A stretch of DNA of 32,000 nucleotides from positions 19,626 through 51,625 of the forward strand of contig JBBIMK010000014.1 of assembly GCA_037444445.1 (NCBI GenBank), written 5' to 3'. Within the stretch, counting starts at the first letter, position 1. Every line of letters begins with the position of its first letter. Source of the stretch: a bacterium. GTDB lineage: Bacteria > UBP7 > UBA6624 > JBBIMK01. Below, piece after piece: positions 25,832-32,000 of this stretch. Position numbers and translations under genes: made by a program. Below the pieces are notes generated by a model. The model was not told the origin of the DNA and did not search any database. It was given only the letters and a program-made list of their open reading frames with translations.

Positions 25832-26140
25832 ATGGCAGGAGAGTTAAGAAATTCGGAGCGATTACTTGCGACTGCTCTGGAGCAGTTAGGCGAATGCGGA
25901 GCCCGGGGAAGCCAGTGCCGGGTATTACGGGTTCTTCTGGATGAATTCCTGCGGGAAATGGGACCCTGGAAACTCGCTCATCTTCTGGTTACATCCGATT
26001 ATCCCGAGGCAGTAGAGAGCCTCCTCACCCTTCTGCAAAATGAAGCACCTTACGAGTCCTCCCTGATTGACCGGCTCATTACAGCCTCCCGCTGGGAGCA
26101 GGAATCCGCTGAGTTAATGCGGGATTTTGGTGCCGTTTGA
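25832..26140 (+). CDS. hypothetical small helical protein
   Basis: 102-aa ORF with AGGAGGG 8 nt upstream. Convergent with the giant lipoprotein gene. No motif recognised. Confidence 0.4.
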   Translation: MAGELRNSERLLATALEQLGECGARGSQCRVLRVLLDEFLREMGPWKLAHLLVTSDYPEAVESLLTLLQNEAPYESSLIDRLITASRWEQESAELMRDFGAV

Positions 26141-26150
26141 TTCTTGATTC

Positions 26151-26176
26151 GGGCAGGGAAATATCCCCGCCTTTTC
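26151..26176 (+). terminator. possible Rho-independent terminator
   Basis: GGCAGGG-AAATAT-CCCCGCC (7-bp stem with one A/C mismatch) followed by TTTT, 11 nt after the stop at 26140. Confidence 0.35.
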
Positions 26177-26181
26177 ACTCT

Positions 26182-29100
26182 TTACGGGTCTAATTCACTG
26201 CATTGAGTGCGGGTGAGGTTGGGTCCGGTGTCGTCGTAGTTCATCCCATTGCCCGGGTCTTTAGCGCCCTGGGCGTTGGTGGGGTCATTCGGGGAATCCT
26301 TCACATCAAAGTCGCCGTCCTTACGCAGGTCTAACTCGTGGACTTTTTCGTGGAATAGAGTGAGGTTATCGTTGTCCTTAGAGTTATCCACCGCTACCTG
26401 GGAGTTGGGCCAGAAGGTCACGCCGAGGACACCACGCCTGATGCCGGGGACATAATAGATGTTTTCCGTGTCGGGGTTGATATCAAAGTAGCCGAGGTTC
26501 ATGGCTTCAAAGGCATCGTTGTTATCACCGGGGTCGGCATAATCGCCATCGCCATTGCTGTCGTAGCGGTCCCATCCATCGCCATCTCTGTCAATTTTCT
26601 TCCAGTCCGCGGCGGGGATGGTAGTGAAGGTTGGATTGAAAGTGACAAAGAACCCGCAGTTACACAGGAGAGCATTGAGGTTGAAGGCGGCTTGAGCGGC
26701 ATCCACATCAGCCTGCGCTTCCGCCTGGGTTGCAGCGCCCTCCACGAGGTAGATGTGCATATTCAGAGTCTTTATGGGTTTAATCGTAAAGGGGAAATGG
26801 CGGAAGTTTTCACCAAACTTGGTCGGGTCGTAGAGAATTTCATTGGAATTTTCGTCATAGAGGCGCAAATCGGGAACCCCAATGTAGGATTCAACTATGT
26901 TGGGAACAACAGGAGGAGTGCTGTATTCCGCGAAGAAGGGAACCGATGTGCCTATCACACCGCCTGAGCCCACGAAATCAACCGTAAAGTCCACAAGCCA
27001 GAGGTCCGGGTTCCAGGGAGCATCAACGGGATTACGGCAGTTGACCGCAAATTGGGGAGCGGTGGGTTGACAGTCATTGAAGATAATCTCAGAACTTTTG
27101 GGCCAGACGAGTTGTCCTGAACCCATTTTCCAGCCTGGCTTGCCCTGCGGTATGCGGATTTCAAATTGAGTCCGGAATTGCGACCCCGGCGGAAAGCCAT
27201 TCCCTGTCTGTCCGGAAACCGGGTCGCGGTATTCTAACCTCCAGGGAGGATAGCCTACCGAAACACTGCCCTGAGCCCCTGAGGGAAGGTGGGTGCAGGT
27301 GAAGTTGCCCACATCGTAATCCGTTGCTTGCACTTCAGACTTCAATCTCCAGTCGCCATCCGATTGGAACGGACCGGGGGATAAGCTGGGGGTATCGGAT
27401 GTGCAGTTGACATCCGAAGGGCCTGGAAAAGGAACAGGATTGCCAAACGGGTCCCTCAGAAGGCTCTCTACGGGTCCGAAAACTGTAGAACGCAGGTCAA
27501 GCGACACGATTTCTGTGGGAATAATATCTACCGTCCTTGTGTCGGTGGGGTGAAACTTTTCCAGTGTGGAACGGTCGTGAATGAGAGCGCTGAAGTTATA
27601 TTTTCCAGAAGCATTCAGGGTGACATTGCCGGAGTAAGTGCCGTTGCCGTTGTCTGTCAGTGGGATGCGGTCGGTGAAGGTGCCACTTCGTGTGCCATTC
27701 ACTTCCACGAACACATCAAAGAAGGAAAAGTGGGTGGGCTGTCCCGATAAATCCAGCGTAACGATTTCAACGGGAATCGGCTCGCCAGCCCGGGCGGTGG
27801 GAGGAACGGTGATGTTTACCTGCGCTGGCTTCTGTATCACCGGGTCGTGAATTAGCAGAAACCACCAGTGCCAGAAACGGCAGATGAAGTGGCATCGGAA
27901 GACGATTTTATCTATGGGCTGTGTGGAGCGAACGGTGATTTCACTTCTCGCGGTTCCACCCCAGTTTGCCTGAAAATCCAATTCATTGCCATTGGCATCG
28001 TAAGCGGTCAGAGTGTTGGCACCGTTTCCTGGTCCGGATGGCGTCAGGTCTTCCTGCTTAACCGTGACCGAGTATGTGTTGGTGCCACGGAGGTCTAATT
28101 CAATGGCGCCGGGTTTGAGATAGACCCATCCGTCGGAGGTCTTCTGGTAACTCACGGGTCCACCGACGCCAAATTCGGTATCATTCTGAAATTTAGCTGG
28201 AATCTCGCCGATTTTTTGCCCGGTGGGCGGGTCGCCTCCTGCCTCGCTATAAATCGGCAGTGTAAAGTTCCACCAGGGAGGAATGCCGTCAAATTCGGGA
28301 ATCCAGGACCAGTAGGGCCACTGAAAAATCCATAGCCAGCAGAGGTCGGCTCCATCGCTGCCGGGATTTCCAGGGGTAGCGGTTCCAACGATGACGCCGG
28401 AAGCACCCCCGAAGTTGCCTTGACTGCCGGGTGGGCATCCAGCACCGCCATTGCCAGCATTGCCTCCTTTAGCGTTATAGACTCCAAAGGGGCCTGCATC
28501 GCATCGGGCATCCGCCCCGTTGCCACCATCTCCGCCTTTGTTGAACTTATCGCAATCCCCTCCATTTCCACCATTTCCACCTATGGCGGTGGCGTTTCCA
28601 TCCACCCGGGGTGCTCCCTGGAAGTCCCTGCCGCCCCGGGCATAAGCCTTTCCGCCACCTCCACCATCACAGCACGGGAGGCCGTTACCGCCATCGCCAC
28701 CTGTGGCATCCGCATTTCCTCCAACGCCACTGACAAGGGTGACTGCTCCGCCCGGTGTTCCGGGTCTGGCGGTGGCGAATCCGCTATCACCACCGAATGC
28801 ACGGAGGTCACAGCCTTTTTGCCCCGGGCATCCATCGGGTCGCGTTGCAGGGTTGGGAGTGGCGGTGGCATTTCCACCGCTTCCAGAAGTCGCATTGGCA
28901 TTACCTCCGGCACCGATGGCAGAAACCCCGAATCCGCCATTTCCACCCTCCGCCCGTGCATTTCCTCCCCATCCTGCCCAGGCGAACTGATTGCATCCAT
29001 TGCAATTGGAATCACCGCCATCGCCGGCGGTGGCCGTAGCGGTGCCTCCAGCGCCGCCATTATAGGTGCCGATGGGAAGGAGATGTCCGATAAATCTCGG

Positions 29101-32000
29101 GTCGCCGGGGCCGGAGGGACCATTTTCTTTATTGGTGACGAAATAAAAGGATGACCACCCGCCACTACCGGCAGTAGCCGTGGCTCTTCCTCCCCGTCCT
29201 GCATAGGCGTCGCAATTGGGGCAGGGTGGTGGCGTTCCTCCTGTGGCATCAGCGTTCCCCCCGGCGCCGCCGGTCAAGGTTCCACCGCCGGGGTCAAAAT
29301 TCACAGAGTAGCCTTCGTCATAGCAAACCTGCCCCGGTGGTGCGGTGTAGGCAATGCCCCCTCCACCCCTTCCACCCTTCCCGCCGATGGCCACCGAGCC
29401 ACATCCGTTGGCGCAGGCAGGAGTAGGGATTGCGGAAGCATCATTGATGGCGTTGCCACCATTTCCTCCGTTACCTCCAGAAACATTGAGTTGTCCGCAA
29501 AAGGAGATGGAGCCTTCGGGAGCGGTGAGTAAAACCCCGAAAAAGGCGGCGCCATTTCCACCTCTGACCGTGCCGTTGCAGACCCCGACGGCAGGAGTAT
29601 TGGGAGCGCCATTCCCTCCATTGGCTCCAATGAAGGTTCCACCGCACATCACGATTTTCCCTGAATGGGTGGCAACTCCAAACCCGAGGGCAGACTTTCC
29701 GTCCTCCCCCGGCGCAACACCATTGGCTCCAGGGGTGCTGGAAAAGACCAGCGTGGGATTCACCACCACTGTGGCAACAGAAAATCCAATGACGAGGAGA
29801 CCGCCCTGCCACCAGGTTTTCAACTGGGTGGAGCCCAGCACAGCCACAGGTTGACCGGAGAGGGTGGGGTCAGCACACAGAGCGCAATCCGGGCAGGTGC
29901 CCGTGTGGGATTGAGGCTCCGGAAATCCGGCAGGCTGATAGGAGGGAGGCAAAGGCGGAAAAGCCTGCGTGGGAGCGGGTGGGTCGGAATACCCTCTCTG
30001 CCCCCCCAGTAGCGGAACATACACGCGGAGAGAAGCCATGCTCTGAAGACCGGCTGAATCCTCGCCAATCAGTAAGGTGCTGGATGAACCTTCTGTGGTG
30101 AACGATTGTGAAGTGGCGCAAACTTCATTGTCAGAAGGGCAGGTGTAAGTCCATTCACTGGTCTCGTAAGCGGCAGTGGAAGGGACTGGATACCGCTGAG
30201 AGGTGAAATGGAAGGGAACCCCTGCAGGTTTGATTAACTCATCCGCCTCAAAGGGCTCCACACCCACCCAGAGAGAAGGAGGACCTGAAGAGGCATTGAC
30301 TTCTGGCGGTGCCTCCGGGTCATCGGGAGGGCGGAGATTCAGCATCAGGGTAGCCTTGCATTCATCATTTTCCTCGTCCTTTACCGTGAGGATAACTTCA
30401 TAAATTCCCCCCGCCGCATAGGAATGCTGAAGGGTGGTGGGGTTCTGCTCCACCGTAGTATCACCGTAGTCAATCTCCGTGATGGTGGTGGTTCCTCCGT
30501 CCGGGTCCTTATGGATGGCGCTGAAGCTCACAGGGATGGGGAAAGTGGGCGGAGTGCCGGAAGAAAGGGTATCCGCTTTGATGGCGCAGACGGGAGGGAT
30601 GGAGGAAGGCTCCCCCGTGGCTACATAAGTTAGCACTTCCTGACCGGGGCGAGGTCTATACCACGGGTCGCCGATGAACAGCATCCCCGAACTGCTTATG
30701 GAACCCTGTGGCTGTCCATCACTCCCACCTAAATAAAGGCTTCCGATGGTGCGGATAATCAAGTCCTTACCCGGAGTTTCCGGTGGACTGCACTGATTGG
30801 ATACCTCTCCTAAAATCTCGGGATTCTGGGTTTTGGATAGCAGGTTCAGAAGCAGTTCTGAGCAATCGGTGACGATGAGTTTTCCTCCTGGCTCAATGCG
30901 GAGTTTCCCCGTGATATTGAGGGTGGTGTCTCCGCCGGAAATCGTGACTGTGTCGCCAGAGCCAATGGTGAAATCACCATAATAATGTTCACCCGGTAGA
31001 ATGCTATTCGCTGTGCTGGAGTCAAAAGGATCTGGGTCAAGAACGATGAGGCTCATAGATTTTCTATCGGTGCGATTTTGAGCGTCTCTGACCTCAAATT
31101 CCAGAGGAAACTGCCCTGAAACCGCAATTAGCCCGGAAAGGGTTCCCGTAGCGGGAGAGAGGAAATCCGGGCGTGGCTCCGTCCCGCTGACGATTGACCA
31201 GGTGTAAGGCGGGCTTCCACCCACCGCCTGAAGATTGAACGGACCATATTCCTGCCCCGCTGTTCCATCCGGCAGGCTGGTGGTGGTAATTTGCAGTGCC
31301 TCCTGCGGCGTGGCAGAGACTTCCGCAGATTCCGGCGATTCGCCAGCGGAGTTGGAGGCGGTAACGACAAAATAATAGGTCTTCCCGTTCGTCAGCCCGG
31401 TGTGAGTGAAGACAGAGGTAACATTGGGGTGCTTCATCCCGTCGGAAAGCGTGTTATAGTTTGCTTTCGTGACACCCGGCTGGGATGCCATATAAAGGGT
31501 ATAGGAAGTGGCGCCCTGAGCCGGATCCCAGGCAATCGTCACGGACTGGTCTCCTGTGGAAATGATGCGGACATTCGTGGGTGCTGGCGGAGCCTGCACA
31601 TTATTCACCGTGAAGCTGGTGGGGGTGGATTCCGCAAAATTCCCCGCAGGGTCGTAGGCTTTTGCCTTGATGCTGTGAGAGCCATTGGCAACCTGTCGGG
31701 AATCCCAGTTGCAGGAGAAGGTCTGCCCCGAGGGTTTCGGTCCTGTGGCCGTGCAGGCAAGCACCTCTTCCGGGGAAGACACGAGGAACTCCATCCTCTG
31801 AATCGTGCCCGAGTTATCCTGAGCGGAGCCAGAAAGAGTCACAGTCCCGGAAATTTCCTGCCCGGGCGCAATCCCTCCCGTCACCGCCACATTCGTGGGG
31901 TTCTCGGTATCCGGCGGTGCGCCACCACCACCCCCGCAGGAAACCGTCAGATACACGAGAAAAATACCGATGAAAACCTGAATGCTCAGATTTTTTCCCA
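26182..32000 (-). CDS. giant (>1,924 aa) multidomain surface lipoprotein with a C-terminal HExxH/Ca-binding module, 5'-partial at the window edge
   Basis: The frame stays open from the ORF-track GTG (31956) to nt 32000, reading GKNLSIQVFIGIFLVYLTVSC. This is a hydrophobic signal sequence with a lipobox Cys at nt 31936-31938, followed by a GGGGG linker. Recognisable modules include Ig-like, Fn3 (PPAPTNV..YYFVVTASNSAGES), a putative Ig domain (LPDGTAGQEY..PPYTWS) and PKD (IDYGDT..HSYAAGGIYEVILTVKDE). There is also a Gly/Asn/Ala/Cys-rich repeat core, further Ig-like domains, a TSP3-like DxDxDG run and HEKVH. Confidence 0.8.
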   Translation of the reverse strand, partial: GKNLSIQVFIGIFLVYLTVSCGGGGGAPPDTENPTNVAVTGGIAPGQEISGTVTLSGSAQDNSGTIQRMEFLVSSPEEVLACTATGPKPSGQTFSCNWDSRQVANGSHSIKAKAYDPAGNFAESTPTSFTVNNVQAPPAPTNVRIISTGDQSVTIAWDPAQGATSYTLYMASQPGVTKANYNTLSDGMKHPNVTSVFTHTGLTNGKTYYFVVTASNSAGESPESAEVSATPQEALQITTTSLPDGTAGQEYGPFNLQAVGGSPPYTWSIVSGTEPRPDFLSPATGTLSGLIAVSGQFPLEFEVRDAQNRTDRKSMSLIVLDPDPFDSSTANSILPGEHYYGDFTIGSGDTVTISGGDTTLNITGKLRIEPGGKLIVTDCSELLLNLLSKTQNPEILGEVSNQCSPPETPGKDLIIRTIGSLYLGGSDGQPQGSISSSGMLFIGDPWYRPRPGQEVLTYVATGEPSSIPPVCAIKADTLSSGTPPTFPIPVSFSAIHKDPDGGTTTITEIDYGDTTVEQNPTTLQHSYAAGGIYEVILTVKDEENDECKATLMLNLRPPDDPEAPPEVNASSGPPSLWVGVEPFEADELIKPAGVPFHFTSQRYPVPSTAAYETSEWTYTCPSDNEVCATSQSFTTEGSSSTLLIGEDSAGLQSMASLRVYVPLLGGQRGYSDPPAPTQAFPPLPPSYQPAGFPEPQSHTGTCPDCALCADPTLSGQPVAVLGSTQLKTWWQGGLLVIGFSVATVVVNPTLVFSSTPGANGVAPGEDGKSALGFGVATHSGKIVMCGGTFIGANGGNGAPNTPAVGVCNGTVRGGNGAAFFGVLLTAPEGSISFCGQLNVSGGNGGNGGNAINDASAIPTPACANGCGSVAIGGKGGRGGGGIAYTAPPGQVCYDEGYSVNFDPGGGTLTGGAGGNADATGGTPPPCPNCDAYAGRGGRATATAGSGGWSSFYFVTNKENGPSGPGDPRFIGHLLPIGTYNGGAGGTATATAGDGGDSNCNGCNQFAWAGWGGNARAEGGNGGFGVSAIGAGGNANATSGSGGNATATPNPATRPDGCPGQKGCDLRAFGGDSGFATARPGTPGGAVTLVSGVGGNADATGGDGGNGLPCCDGGGGGKAYARGGRDFQGAPRVDGNATAIGGNGGNGGDCDKFNKGGDGGNGADARCDAGPFGVYNAKGGNAGNGGAGCPPGSQGNFGGASGVIVGTATPGNPGSDGADLCWLWIFQWPYWSWIPEFDGIPPWWNFTLPIYSEAGGDPPTGQKIGEIPAKFQNDTEFGVGGPVSYQKTSDGWVYLKPGAIELDLRGTNTYSVTVKQEDLTPSGPGNGANTLTAYDANGNELDFQANWGGTARSEITVRSTQPIDKIVFRCHFICRFWHWWFLLIHDPVIQKPAQVNITVPPTARAGEPIPVEIVTLDLSGQPTHFSFFDVFVEVNGTRSGTFTDRIPLTDNGNGTYSGNVTLNASGKYNFSALIHDRSTLEKFHPTDTRTVDIIPTEIVSLDLRSTVFGPVESLLRDPFGNPVPFPGPSDVNCTSDTPSLSPGPFQSDGDWRLKSEVQATDYDVGNFTCTHLPSGAQGSVSVGYPPWRLEYRDPVSGQTGNGFPPGSQFRTQFEIRIPQGKPGWKMGSGQLVWPKSSEIIFNDCQPTAPQFAVNCRNPVDAPWNPDLWLVDFTVDFVGSGGVIGTSVPFFAEYSTPPVVPNIVESYIGVPDLRLYDENSNEILYDPTKFGENFRHFPFTIKPIKTLNMHIYLVEGAATQAEAQADVDAAQAAFNLNALLCNCGFFVTFNPTFTTIPAADWKKIDRDGDGWDRYDSNGDGDYADPGDNNDAFEAMNLGYFDINPDTENIYYVPGIRRGVLGVTFWPNSQVAVDNSKDNDNLTLFHEKVHELDLRKDGDFDVKDSPNDPTNAQGAKDPGNGMNYDDTGPNLTRTQCSELDP

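Noticed and set aside
28420-29249. 244-aa (+) and 222-aa (-) ORFs, plus several 90-170-aa ORFs, overlapping the giant gene
   Set aside because: They fall within the GC-rich, glycine-codon repeat region, where stop codons are rare in all frames. Their translations are Pro/Ala/Gly/Arg low-complexity sequence, so they are artefacts of the repeat composition.
28390-29650. Periodic DNA repeats considered as a possible CRISPR or tandem-repeat array
   Set aside because: The periodicity is codon-level, from glycine and alanine codons within one long open frame. There are no constant repeat and unique spacer units.

Overview
Chromosomal window from an unidentified diderm bacterium (TolC-type outer-membrane protein, lipobox lipoprotein). 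Single-line hand counts give about 53-57% GC. Most genes are recognisable by motif: a 5'-partial helical-repeat protein, a UvrD/AddA-like helicase fused to a RecB-type nuclease, a GT-C plus GT4 glycosyltransferase pair, tRNA-Lys(UUU), a two-gene (split) glutamine-dependent NAD synthetase, TolC, a PmbA/TldD-family protein, NadB, a glucosaminidase, a small-molecule-type SAM methyltransferase and GalK. The best candidate for something new lies at about 16.1-20.5 kb. It contains an orphan DGQHR (DndB/ParB-like) protein behind a near-consensus promoter, a truncated gene remnant, and a visibly lower-GC convergent pair. That pair is a roughly 170-aa protein with an E..D..ExK nuclease signature facing a 712-aa OLD-like ABC-ATPase whose C-terminal Toprim-like domain has a degenerate DxD. 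No modification genes, helicase or integrase accompany them. Other notable items: a lipoprotein of more than 1,924 aa that runs off the right edge, with Ig/Fn3/PKD modules, a roughly 400-aa Gly/Asn/Ala/Cys-rich repeat core and a C-terminal HExxH plus calcium-binding module. There is also a 46-nt double-hairpin intergenic element in four copies, three sharing an identical 25-nt core, and an uncharacterised three-gene block just upstream of the tRNA. No CRISPR array, rRNA, integrase or transposase was seen. All functional calls rest on motif recognition by eye, and no database search was run.
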